Origin: Candidatus Nomurabacteria bacterium
GTDB lineage: Bacteria > Patescibacteriota > Minisyncoccia > Phycocordibacterales > UBA9973
Reading direction: 5' to 3'
Length of the DNA stretch: 36,008 bases
Assembly: GCA_943354645.1 (NCBI GenBank)
Contig: CALRCO010000002.1
Span: 1-36,008 of the forward strand
Made by a program: the position numbers and the translations under genes. Shown in pieces: positions 3,301-12,400 of this stretch. The notes beneath the pieces are model-generated. The model did no database searches. It was not told the DNA's origin and was given only the letters and a program-made list of their open reading frames with translations. The first letter of the stretch is position 1. Every line of letters starts with the position of its first letter.

Positions 3301-5742
3301 ATGGCATTTTTGGGAATAAAACTATTTGACGCGGACGCGAAATTTGTGGCTAAAATCCAGCCACTCGTCAAAAAAATAAATACACTCGAACCAGAGATGG
3401 TGGCACTTACTGATGCTGATTTTCCTATAAAAACAGCCGAACTCAAAGAGCGCCTTTCTAAAGGTGAATCTCTTGACGCTATTTTGCCAGAAGCATTTGC
3501 GCTTGTGCGTGAAGCATCTAAACGAACCTTGGGTCAACGCCACTATGACGTACAACTTACCGGTGGAATTATTTTGCATAAAAATAATATTGCAGAAATG
3601 CGCACAGGGGAAGGAAAAACATTGGTGGGAACATTGCCCGTGTATTTACATGCGCTTGTTGGGCGTGGTGTGCATGTAGTGACGGTCAATGATTATCTCG
3701 CACGTCGCGATGCGGATTGGATGGGACAGATCTACGCATTTCTCGGTCTCTCTGTTGGTGTCGTGAACGGTCAAAATATCTCGTACCTCTACGATAAAAA
3801 TAATAAAAATGAAACGCAAGATGAAACTCGCGATGAGACCGGCAGTTTCAAAGTCGCGTATGAATTTCTTAAACAATGTTCACGCCGCGATGCGTATGCC
3901 GCAGATATTACGTATGGTACGAACTCAGAATTTGGGTTTGATTACTTGCGCGATAACCTCGTCTCTCAAAAAGAACAGTTGGTGCAGCGCGATCACTACT
4001 TTGCATTAGTAGATGAAATCGACTCTATCTTAATCGATGAAGCTCGCACTCCGCTTATTATTTCCCAAGAATCTGCAGATAGTGAAAAACTCTATGATAC
4101 CTTTGCGCGTATCGCAAAACAACTTGTAAAAGATACCGATTATACGGTTGATGAAAAATTTAGCTCTATCAGCATGACGGATGCAGGTATTACTCGCGCA
4201 GAAAGTTTACTCGGTATTGATAATATTTATACAGAAAAAGGTATTAAGTACGTACATCATTTAGAAACAGCGGTTCGTGCTGAGGCGCTCTACCACAAAG
4301 ACAAAGAATATGTTGTCAAAGATGATGAAATTATTATTGTCGATTCTTTTACAGGACGCTTACAACCAGGTCGCCGGTGGAATGAAGGACTTCACCAAGC
4401 AATTGAAGCAAAAGAAGGGGTGAAGATTCAAAAAGAAACACGAGCTGCTGCGTCTATCACGTACCAGAACTTTTTCAAACTCTACGATAAACTCGCGGGA
4501 ATGACGGGTACCGCAAAAACATCTGAAGAAGAATTTTTGAAAGTATATGGACTTGCGGTGGTAGTTGTACCAACAAATAAAAAAATTGCACGTACCGACC
4601 GTACGGATCTCATTTTCCAAACAGAACAAGGGAAGATGAAAGCAATTGCAAAAAAAGTAAAAGAACTCCATGATGCTGGCCGACCCGTGCTTATCGGTAC
4701 TATTTCTATTGAGAAAAATGAATTGCTCGCTGCCTACCTTGCAAGCGAAGGGGTGCCACATGTATTACTCAATGCAAAAAATCACGAGCGCGAAGGTGAG
4801 ATTATTGCAAATGCCGGTAAAAAGGGCGCAGTAACTATTGCTACCAACATGGCAGGTCGCGGTGTGGACATCAAACTTGGTGGCACGGAAGCAACTCCCG
4901 AAGAATCTACATTTGTTCGAGACACGAACGGCTTGTTTGTGTTGGGTACCGAACGGCATGAAGCGCGCCGTATCGACAACCAGCTCCGTGGTCGCGCAGG
5001 ACGTCAAGGCGATCCTGGAGAGACGCAATTTTTCGTATCGCTCGAAGATGATCTTATGCGCGTCTTCGGCGCAGATCGGATTAAGCATATGATCGGCAGA
5101 TTTAATATTCCTGAAGATGAGCCAATTGTGAACGGATTAATTTCAAAGACTTTGGAATCTGCACAAGCAAAGATCGAAGGTTTCCACTTTGATTCTCGAA
5201 AATACACATTTGAATACGACAATGTCCTAAACCATCAGCGCAAGACAATTTATGAACGTCGCCGAAAGCTTCTCTTCGGAGATGAATCAACGATCCGAGC
5301 ATTCTTGGATAAAGTAGGGGAGGAATATCCTGAGACCGCAACTATTGTCGCTGAAAAAGAACAAGCGATTGGGGCCCCGTCATTCCTTGAAACTGCTCGT
5401 CGCGTCATTCTCTACTCTACAGACATTCTTTGGTCTGAGCATTTAGAAAGCATGGAATATCTTCGTGCGTCTGTGAACCTCCGTGCCTATGGCCAACGCG
5501 AACCGCTCGTGGAATACAAGAAAGAAGGCCTCCAATTCTTTAAGCAACTCGAAGCATCTATCCGTGGACAGGTGTTTGAACTCATTAAAACGATAGATAT
5601 TTCTAAAAAAGGGGTAGTACAAGAAGAAACTCCTTTGCAAAGTATCAATTTAGGAGGGGATGTTACCAAAGTTGGTCGCAATGACCAGTGTCCTTGTGGC
5701 TCCGGCAAGAAGTATAAGAATTGCCACGGTAAGGGTCTATAA
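3301..5742 (+). CDS. secA: preprotein translocase ATPase SecA
   Basis: 813-aa ORF with Walker A MRTGEGKT, DEAD-like VDEIDSILIDEARTPLIIS, and the blocks TGTA, NMAGRGVDIKLGG and RIDNQLRGRAGRQGDPG. The C-terminal zinc motif is CPCGSGKKYKNCHG. Confidence 0.97.
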   Translation: MAFLGIKLFDADAKFVAKIQPLVKKINTLEPEMVALTDADFPIKTAELKERLSKGESLDAILPEAFALVREASKRTLGQRHYDVQLTGGIILHKNNIAEMRTGEGKTLVGTLPVYLHALVGRGVHVVTVNDYLARRDADWMGQIYAFLGLSVGVVNGQNISYLYDKNNKNETQDETRDETGSFKVAYEFLKQCSRRDAYAADITYGTNSEFGFDYLRDNLVSQKEQLVQRDHYFALVDEIDSILIDEARTPLIISQESADSEKLYDTFARIAKQLVKDTDYTVDEKFSSISMTDAGITRAESLLGIDNIYTEKGIKYVHHLETAVRAEALYHKDKEYVVKDDEIIIVDSFTGRLQPGRRWNEGLHQAIEAKEGVKIQKETRAAASITYQNFFKLYDKLAGMTGTAKTSEEEFLKVYGLAVVVVPTNKKIARTDRTDLIFQTEQGKMKAIAKKVKELHDAGRPVLIGTISIEKNELLAAYLASEGVPHVLLNAKNHEREGEIIANAGKKGAVTIATNMAGRGVDIKLGGTEATPEESTFVRDTNGLFVLGTERHEARRIDNQLRGRAGRQGDPGETQFFVSLEDDLMRVFGADRIKHMIGRFNIPEDEPIVNGLISKTLESAQAKIEGFHFDSRKYTFEYDNVLNHQRKTIYERRRKLLFGDESTIRAFLDKVGEEYPETATIVAEKEQAIGAPSFLETARRVILYSTDILWSEHLESMEYLRASVNLRAYGQREPLVEYKKEGLQFFKQLEASIRGQVFELIKTIDISKKGVVQEETPLQSINLGGDVTKVGRNDQCPCGSGKKYKNCHGKGL

Positions 5743-5777
5743 ATAGCACATATTTTAGCAGTTTTTGTCAAAGGCCA

Positions 5778-5818
5778 AAATAGAAAATACCCTTATTTTA
5801 TAAGGGTATTTTCTATTT
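5778..5818 (+). terminator. intrinsic terminator after secA
   Basis: AAAATAGAAAATACCCTTAT-loop-ATAAGGGTATTTTCTATTT forms a long perfect hairpin. Confidence 0.75.
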
Positions 5819-5846
5819 GACACCCCCTATTTTTATGGTCTAACCA

Positions 5847-5875
5847 TTGACTTTTATATCCAAGTATGCTAGTAT
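5847..5875 (+). promoter_or_regulatory. sigma70 promoter (TTGACT-17-TAGTAT with extended TG)
   Basis: TTGACT at 5847-5852 and TGcTAGTAT at 5867-5875. It leaves an ~85-nt leader before the 5962 ATG. Confidence 0.6.
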
Positions 5876-5961
5876 ATTGGTAGATCCGCTGTGATAAGGT
5901 TTACCTTAAAAACAGAGGGTCTTTTGCTTTCTAAGGGCAACTTTGGAAAGTTTCAGCTTTT

Positions 5962-6597
5962 ATGTTCGGCGGAGCAAAACCGCTACTTATGCAAAACACA
6001 ACAATAAAAACCGTGCTCCAGAACTTTGTCGTATTTCCTATTTTGGCGACAAACTTCCTTTTCTCTCCTTTTGGAGCGGCGGGAAGCTTCCAACTGGCAC
6101 TACTTACTCCGGATCTAAATCAGGCAACTGTCTCTGCTGAAACTGTTAACCTACAGAAACTTCAGCAAGAACAGGCTAAGAAGATTGACGCGTATTTCGC
6201 TAAATATGATATGCCCCTTGAAGGATATGGTATGGAATTCGTTAAGGCTGCATACGAGAACAATATTGATCCGTTCCTCGTTCCTGCAATCGCCGTCCGT
6301 GAATCTACTGGTGGAATTCATGCGTGTCAATCTGACAAGTTCAACGCTTATGGTTGGGCTTCATGTCACAGAAAAGTACCGTTTATGTCTTACAATGATG
6401 CTATTGAAACTATTGCGTTAAACCTTGGGGGAAATAACCCTAAGACTGAGCACTATTACAAAGGAAAAACAACGTTTCAAATTTTACAAACGTTCAATCC
6501 TCCTCATGTCGTAGAGCGATATGCGCACCAAGTTATAGACATTATGGATACTATGGCAACAATGGAAGTTTCTTCCGAAGTTGCAACGAATAGTTAA
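5962..6597 (+). CDS. secreted lysozyme-like / lytic-transglycosylase-like protein (putative)
   Basis: 211-aa ORF with an N-terminal hydrophobic segment. NIDPFLVPAIAVRESTGG resembles the SLT catalytic Glu-Ser block. An alternative start is at 5989 (MQNTTIK). Confidence 0.7.
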   Translation: MFGGAKPLLMQNTTIKTVLQNFVVFPILATNFLFSPFGAAGSFQLALLTPDLNQATVSAETVNLQKLQQEQAKKIDAYFAKYDMPLEGYGMEFVKAAYENNIDPFLVPAIAVRESTGGIHACQSDKFNAYGWASCHRKVPFMSYNDAIETIALNLGGNNPKTEHYYKGKTTFQILQTFNPPHVVERYAHQVIDIMDTMATMEVSSEVATNS

Positions 6598-6609
6598 TCT
6601 AAAAAGGAG

Positions 6610-6641
6610 ACCGCATACTCACGAATGAGTATGCGGTTTTC
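6610..6641. terminator. bidirectional intrinsic terminator
   Basis: ACCGCATACTCA-CGAA-TGAGTATGCGGT followed by TTTT. It lies between convergent ORFs. Confidence 0.8.
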
Positions 6642-6839
6642 TTATTTTTCCTTTTTGACCAAGGAGCGTATTTTTCCTGGAGCAGGAACGAATTGGTTGT
6701 CTTCACTGCAGCCGTCATTTGAGAATACATCCCAGTAAGTGTAGACCATTGCAGGACTGTAACGAGAAGCCTCTTCGGCTTGTTCTTTTGTCATGCCCAT
6801 GCTTTTATCTGGGGTAAAAAGAGCTTCTTGTGTGTACAT
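6642..6839 (-). CDS. small hypothetical protein (65 aa)
   Basis: The ORF is bracketed by a terminator just after its stop and by a TTTACA-17-CATAAT promoter on the reverse strand at about 6865-6893. No family recognised. Confidence 0.55.
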   Translation of the reverse strand: MYTQEALFTPDKSMGMTKEQAEEASRYSPAMVYTYWDVFSNDGCSEDNQFVPAPGKIRSLVKKEK

Positions 6840-6904
6840 GAGTTTCAGTATTTGAGCCCTATTATGCCCTTATTTTGTAAGCTTGTAAAGCTCATTGAGG
6901 GGGC

Positions 6905-6933
6905 TTGACTTTTGTATTTGGGTAGTGTATAAT
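6905..6933 (+). promoter_or_regulatory. consensus sigma70 promoter (TTGACT-17-TATAAT)
   Basis: TTGACT at 6905-6910 and TATAAT at 6928-6933. The leader to the 6964 ATG is A-rich and lacks a Shine-Dalgarno sequence. Confidence 0.75.
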
Positions 6934-6963
6934 GGTGCTAAATAAACAAAAAAAGAATAAACT

Positions 6964-7746
6964 ATGAAAGAGATAAAATTTTTGTTACTAACCGCGATGT
7001 TCGCCGTTATAACCTCTGTCTCGTTTGCCCAAGGGCAACCCGACATTAAACAAACTGTTGGCGAAAGAACTTACGCCGATCTTAACCCTGCAACTGTTGC
7101 AGAAGTGATGTCCGGTATGCGTACTTATCAAGCATGGAGACAAAGTCCTACTACGGGAAATTATTTTTATTTAGTTTCCACGCAGGATGAAATTTTTAGC
7201 TTGATGCAAGTCATTATGGATTCATTGATTAAGAAAGGCGAACATTTACAGGATTATGCACTTGTTATGGAGTGTGCTCCCTTGAATGTAGTCTTTGTTA
7301 AAGAATTAATGAATTCTTACAAAAATTCTGAACGGATTACCAATGAAATTCAGAAAGAAAAAGATGATATTGCAAAAGCGCGCGAAACCATTAGTACCGG
7401 AAAAGGATCAGTAAAGCGTCAAGCAAAGAAGGATTTAAAATCCGCATTGCAAAAACAAATTGCTGGTGAAGCAAGAAGAAGTGAAGAATTTCAAGAAGCG
7501 CTTAACTTGCTTACTGAAATGAAAGGACTAGGATTTGGCTATTTGAAAGGAATCGCACTGGTTAAGATAACTGATATCATTACCAACGGATTACCGAACA
7601 GAGAGTACAATACACCTTCGACTAAGACTTCTCCGCAGACAAATAACTCTGGTCAAAATAACCAGCAGTATGTGCCTCCACAGAATCAGTCCGGAAATGG
7701 AAATAATGGGCAGACGAAGCCAAAAAGCAAGTTGAGTCCAAAGTAA
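6964..7746 (+). CDS. secreted hypothetical protein with a Q/N/P-rich low-complexity C-terminus
   Basis: 260-aa ORF with signal-peptide-like MKEIKFLLLTAMFAVITSVSFAQG and the tail TSPQTNNSGQNNQQYVPPQNQSGNGNNGQ. Confidence 0.8.
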   Translation: MKEIKFLLLTAMFAVITSVSFAQGQPDIKQTVGERTYADLNPATVAEVMSGMRTYQAWRQSPTTGNYFYLVSTQDEIFSLMQVIMDSLIKKGEHLQDYALVMECAPLNVVFVKELMNSYKNSERITNEIQKEKDDIAKARETISTGKGSVKRQAKKDLKSALQKQIAGEARRSEEFQEALNLLTEMKGLGFGYLKGIALVKITDIITNGLPNREYNTPSTKTSPQTNNSGQNNQQYVPPQNQSGNGNNGQTKPKSKLSPK

Positions 7747-7777
7747 GATTTAGTTGTTGTTTTAGTGTTTTGAGTTT

Positions 7778-7810
7778 AAAAGCTCCCGATCTTATCGGGG
7801 GCTTTTTTTT
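7778..7810. terminator. bidirectional intrinsic terminator
   Basis: AAAAGCTCCCGAT-CTT-ATCGGGGGCTTTTTTTTT. It abuts the uppP stop codon. Confidence 0.8.
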
Positions 7811-8571
7811 TATATAAAAATCACCATCAACAACACAATCGCAAGCGCAATTCGATACCATCCGTATACACCGACACCTGTCTTTTTCATGTGCGCAATA
7901 AACCACTTCGCAGAAAAATACGCAACGATAAATGAAACGATACCACCAACAAGAAGGAGTGGAATACTACCTGATGTAAGGACATCACGTGCTTTATAAA
8001 GGTCGTACACTGTTGCTGCGGCAATCGTTGGCACCGCAAGCATAAATGAGAAATCAATCACAGACGCTTGTTTATATTTTTGTAATAAACCACCGATGAG
8101 TACTCCTCCAGATCGGGAGACGCCAGGAATGAGTGCGAGTGCTTGAAAACAGCCGAGAGAAAATGCACCCCCGAGTGTGAGTTCTTTTTCACCGGGGTTT
8201 TTTATTTCTCTCTTTTGCATAATAAGCAAAAGGATACCGCCGATGCCGAGGGCAAGTGCTATCACGGTAAGTGATCCACCGAGCAAACTTTTGACGAACG
8301 GATAGAGCACAAATCCAGCAATAGCCGTTGGGATAAATCCGATTGCCAATTTTGGGAAATTTTCTTTGGTAAAAAATCGCTTTACACCAAACAATGCGAC
8401 AACGGCGATGATTGCGCCAAGTTGGATGGCGATGGTGAATGTTGTTTCAAATGCAGATGGCGATATGTGTAATATTTTTTCGACAATAAGTAAATGCGCG
8501 GTCGAAGAAACCGGAATAAATTCCGTAAGTCCTTCGATGATGCCTAAAATAATGACGTGGATGAATGACAT
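7810..8571 (-). CDS. uppP: undecaprenyl-diphosphate phosphatase (BacA/UppP)
   Basis: 253-aa polytopic ORF with the UppP N-terminal signature GIIEGLTEFIPVSSTAHL and the later PGVSRSG motif. Confidence 0.93.
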   Translation of the reverse strand: MSFIHVIILGIIEGLTEFIPVSSTAHLLIVEKILHISPSAFETTFTIAIQLGAIIAVVALFGVKRFFTKENFPKLAIGFIPTAIAGFVLYPFVKSLLGGSLTVIALALGIGGILLLIMQKREIKNPGEKELTLGGAFSLGCFQALALIPGVSRSGGVLIGGLLQKYKQASVIDFSFMLAVPTIAAATVYDLYKARDVLTSGSIPLLLVGGIVSFIVAYFSAKWFIAHMKKTGVGVYGWYRIALAIVLLMVIFI

Positions 8572-8593
8572 AAACTAGTAAGTAGGAAGTAGT

Positions 8594-8606
8594 TAGTAGT
8601 AAGTAG
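8594..8606 (-). repeat. CTACTTACTACTA leader motif, copy in the uppP 5' leader
   Basis: The exact 13-mer on the reverse strand, 22 nt upstream of the uppP ATG. The whole rsmE-uppP spacer reads TTTTTTGTCCTCCTACTTACTACTAACTACTTCCTACTTACTAGTTT in sense. Confidence 0.7.
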
Positions 8607-8618
8607 GAGGACAAAAAA

Positions 8619-9302
8619 TTAGAACAGATCCGAGAGCCAGGCAGATCCGACAATTGCTGCAGTTTCAGCACGAAGGATGCGAGTACCAACACTGCCGATA
8701 CTAATACCAGATTCTTGTGCATGTGCCAGCTCTTCAGTATGCCAGCCACCTTCGGGACCGATAAAAATTGTTTCCACCGAAGTGTTTTTTTGAAGTGCTT
8801 GGCCCGATGGGTCAAGGAGAATTGCATTGTGACCAAAGAGTTCACATGCACGAGCAAATGACATATATTCAACGCTCGGTATTCTACCGCGACCTGATTG
8901 CTCGGCTGCTTCTTTTGCAATAAGGCGCAGTCGTGGCAATGGTGCGCCTTTTTTGATGGTGTGTTTTGTCTCTAGTAGAATAATATGCGACATGCCGAGC
9001 TCTGTTGCTTTTTGGATGACGAGTTCGGTATTCTCACGTTTCAATACTGCAACACAAAGGGTGAGTGGGGTTGCAGATTCACTCGCCACGGTGCGATGAC
9101 CGCTCAGTATAAATACACCTTCTTTTTCTGAGAGGGAACTGATGAGTGCGTCCGCTTCACATGCGTGTTCATTTACAAATACAATCGCGTCACCGACTTT
9201 TTTACGGAGGACATGTTTTAGTTGATGGAGGAGTGGTTTGTCAGCAATAGTGAGTGTGGTTGCAGTATTTTCAAATGGTATAAAAAATCTATCGATTCGC
9301 AT
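8619..9302 (-). CDS. rsmE: 16S rRNA (uracil1498-N3)-methyltransferase RsmE
   Basis: 227-aa ORF with N-terminal MRIDRFFI, HVLRKKVGD, GPEGGW and a C-terminal LGxRILRAETAAI block typical of RsmE. Confidence 0.88.
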   Translation of the reverse strand: MRIDRFFIPFENTATTLTIADKPLLHQLKHVLRKKVGDAIVFVNEHACEADALISSLSEKEGVFILSGHRTVASESATPLTLCVAVLKRENTELVIQKATELGMSHIILLETKHTIKKGAPLPRLRLIAKEAAEQSGRGRIPSVEYMSFARACELFGHNAILLDPSGQALQKNTSVETIFIGPEGGWHTEELAHAQESGISIGSVGTRILRAETAAIVGSAWLSDLF

Positions 9303-9325
9303 GCGGGTAGTAAGTAGTTAGTAGA

Positions 9326-9338
9326 TAGTAGTAAGTAG
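9326..9338 (-). repeat. CTACTTACTACTA leader motif, copy in the rsmE 5' leader
   Basis: The exact 13-mer on the reverse strand, 23 nt upstream of the rsmE ATG. Confidence 0.7.
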
Positions 9339-9483
9339 AAGCGAAACATGTATAAAACATCTCCTTATAATACAGGAGAATCTGATTTAATCCACAGTGG
9401 TGATTTTTTTGATGTAATAAGTCATTGTGCAGGGTGGTATAATAAACGTATTATTACTAGTTCCGTTTAACGGTCTCATTATT

Positions 9484-12400
9484 ATGCAATTTTTCAAAAA
9501 TCCCGAGTATAACGCCCTTAAGATGGTGTTCATGCTCTTTTTCTTTATTTTGGTTGGCGTGTTCTCACTTGGCAATATGGTAGATCGACAAATGGGAAAT
9601 ACAGCAAGTGTGTTACCATCTACAACCACGGTAAAAAAAGATCGTCCATGGCGGGATTTTACGGCACTCAAAGCGGATGGAAAATTGAACGGGCTTGAGC
9701 TTGCTGATATGCTCGAAGTTACCCTTTCGTATGACACGACAAAACCAGGAACTGTTTTGTTGGACAATCTTGTTGTCAAAAAAGGATTTTCTCCACGTGC
9801 AAAATCTGATACCGCAGGATTACGAATACAAACAGTCAACGCAGGAGGAAAAGTGCTTACCTCACGTTCGTTTAAAGCAGAAAAAAAAGAGATTCGTGTG
9901 GTGCCACCACAAAATGGAACAACAACACCTAGTGCTGATGTGGTAACAACAAAAGGAAGTGCTGTTGTGCTCGTGCCGTTTGATCAAACAGCAACAACTG
10001 TGCAAATAGTTAATGCGCAAAATACTGTGCTTACCTCAAAGACACTCGTTGGTGTTGAGCATTTAAATAATACACCGACTTTCAAAGGGCTTGATGGTAA
10101 AGAATTTCAAAAAGGAGCGCGTATATATGAACAAAAAATACAGAGTTCTTTGTTTGCAAAATCAGTTTTTGCTGCAGGCGACGCAACAAAGTATGAGTTT
10201 GTCTTTATTGGTAATGGCTACTCAAGTGCGCAACTCGCCCAATTTCATACTGATGTAAATAATTTTACCAATAAAATACTTTCGATGGAGCCGATGCGTT
10301 CACGTGCCCCGCAACTGTATTTCTCTTATGTAGACAATACAACTGATCTTAGTTGCGTACACCAAGCATCTCCATCAGACGGAAGACTTGTTATTTGTAA
10401 CAATACTCTGGCAACACAGCTTGTGAATACATCTGGTGCTTCTTACGATAAAATTGTCATCATAAATAATGAGCCAAACTATTACGGAGGTTCTGGTGGG
10501 ACAATACCTGTTGCATACAATGGAAGCGATGGTCCAATTATGATTATTCATGAAGCTATAGGACATTCTCTTGGACAACTTACCGATGTGTATTCATATG
10601 GGACGGCAGGAGTTATTGATAACCTCGTGCATGCTAATAACTGTTATGCAGGAACACCTCCTGCATCAGCGTGGAGTGGTCTTGTCGGTAGTGCAGATTA
10701 CACTGCTATTTGTCAGAATACAAACTGGTATGACGCAGGAACCAGTGTTATGGATACTCTTGGGGTTGCGTATTTTACTGCCCCTGAACAAAAAAGCATA
10801 AATACACAGCTTGATATATATGCTGGTGCATTTTCAGACGTTTCTAATCCAACAGTTTCCATTACAAGTCCTGCAAACAATACTATTGTCACCACTGAAG
10901 ATTTTGTAACTGTCTCAGCAACCGCTTCAGATAACTTAGGAGTAGCACGTGTTGCGTTCTCTCTAGATGGAACACTTATAAAAAATGTATATTTACCATC
11001 ATATTCATTTACATTCTTTAATTTCCCAAGTGGAACACACTCAATCCAGGCTCGTGCATATGATGCCCAAAATAATGCTACAACGTCGACTATTTCAGTT
11101 ACTCGTAGTGCAAGTAGTGGTGACACAACCGCACCGACAGCGCCGACAAATCTAACTTCTTCCAATGTGACTGCATCGAGTGTCGTGCTTACATGGGGGG
11201 TCTCAAGTGATAATATTGCAGTGTCTGCATATGATGTGTATCAAAACGGAACATTGCTTACTTCAACACAGCAAAATACGTATACCCCAACTGCACTTAC
11301 TGGAAGTACTACGTATAGTTTTTATGTGAAAGCACGTGATGCTGCAGGTAATATATCTTCTGCAAGTAATACAATAAGTGTGACGACACAGTCAATAAAT
11401 AACGGCACAACCGTGATTACAAATCCAACACAAGGACAAGTGATTGCTCCTGGAGTGGTAACAGCAATCAATGTTAGTGCACCAGCAAATGCAACAAGTG
11501 TTCGTTTTTATCAGCAGTTCAATTCGTTTAGTGTATTTGATATTGGAGGAGATATTACATTGCCATTTAGTACAAACTGGACACCTCAATCTCAAGGAAC
11601 ATATACTTTTACTGCAAATTCATACGCAGGGAGTACGCTTATTGGTACAAGTAATCCTGTAGTGGTCACTGTAGGATCAGTTAGTGCTGATGTAACAGCT
11701 CCAAGTACTCCGACAAATCTTATATCACCATCAAAGACGGCGTCTTCCGTTTCGCTTTCATGGAATTCATCAACAGATAACTCAGGAGGAAGTGGTATGG
11801 CTGGATATTATATTTATCAAAATGGCAGCAGTACCCCCGTTAATACTACGGTAAGTACAGGGACATCATATGTTGTTTCTGCACTCACTCCATCGACCGC
11901 ATATACATTTACTATCAAAGCAAAAGATGTTGCAGGAAATTATTCAGCATCGAGCAATAGTGTGTCTGTTACTACAAACGCTCTTGCTGACACGACAGCA
12001 CCAACTGCACCGACAGGACTTAGTATGCTCTCCAAGACAAATAATTCAGTTGCTATGAGTTGGAATGCATCTACAGATGCTGTTGGCGTCACTGGATATG
12101 ATATCTATAAAAATGGAACACTCGTAAACAGTACAACAAGTGCAACTTCTCTCACTGTCTCTGGTCTCACCGCATCAACAACATATTCATTTACCGTAAA
12201 AGCAAAAGATGCAGCAGGAAACGTTTCCGGAGCAAGTAACACACTTACAGTCACCACAGATGCACCACCAGATACAACGGCACCAAGCGCACCGACTAAT
12301 CTCAGTGTCGTGTCAAAGACCAGTAATTCCGTTTCATTTGCATGGACTGCATCGACCGATAATGTGGGCGTAACCGGCTATAAAGTGTATCGAAGCACAA

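Noticed and set aside
3211-3302. 30-aa minus-strand ORF (MNADYSIFGTFLKDCLPAKIFKRSFKNLGG) whose tail resembles the C-terminus of gene 13833..14465
   Set aside because: The resemblance (PAKIFKRS versus PAKLLKKS) comes from translating the shared TTTACCCGCCTAA hairpin module. The ORF overlaps the secA promoter and start and has no support of its own.
8572-8618. Eukaryote-like intron signals (GTAAGT, TACTAAC, TAG) in the TAGTAAG/CTACTTAC tracts
   Set aside because: These are a coincidental by-product of the repeat unit. The tracts are intergenic, no split coding sequence flanks them, and the context is bacterial.
9388-9396. One-mismatch DnaA boxes (TAATCCACA here; ATATCCACA on the minus strand at 22887-22895) as part of an origin
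   Set aside because: They are isolated single sites in divergent promoter regions, kilobases apart and without adjacent AT-rich unwinding tracts. Such 8/9 matches are expected by chance in 72 kb of two-strand sequence.
9427-9483. GTG-initiated extension of the large surface protein (MQGGIINVLLLVPFNGLII)
   Set aside because: An extended -10 (TGGTATAAT, about 9440-9448) lies inside the extension. The ATG at 9484 precedes a proper TM anchor.
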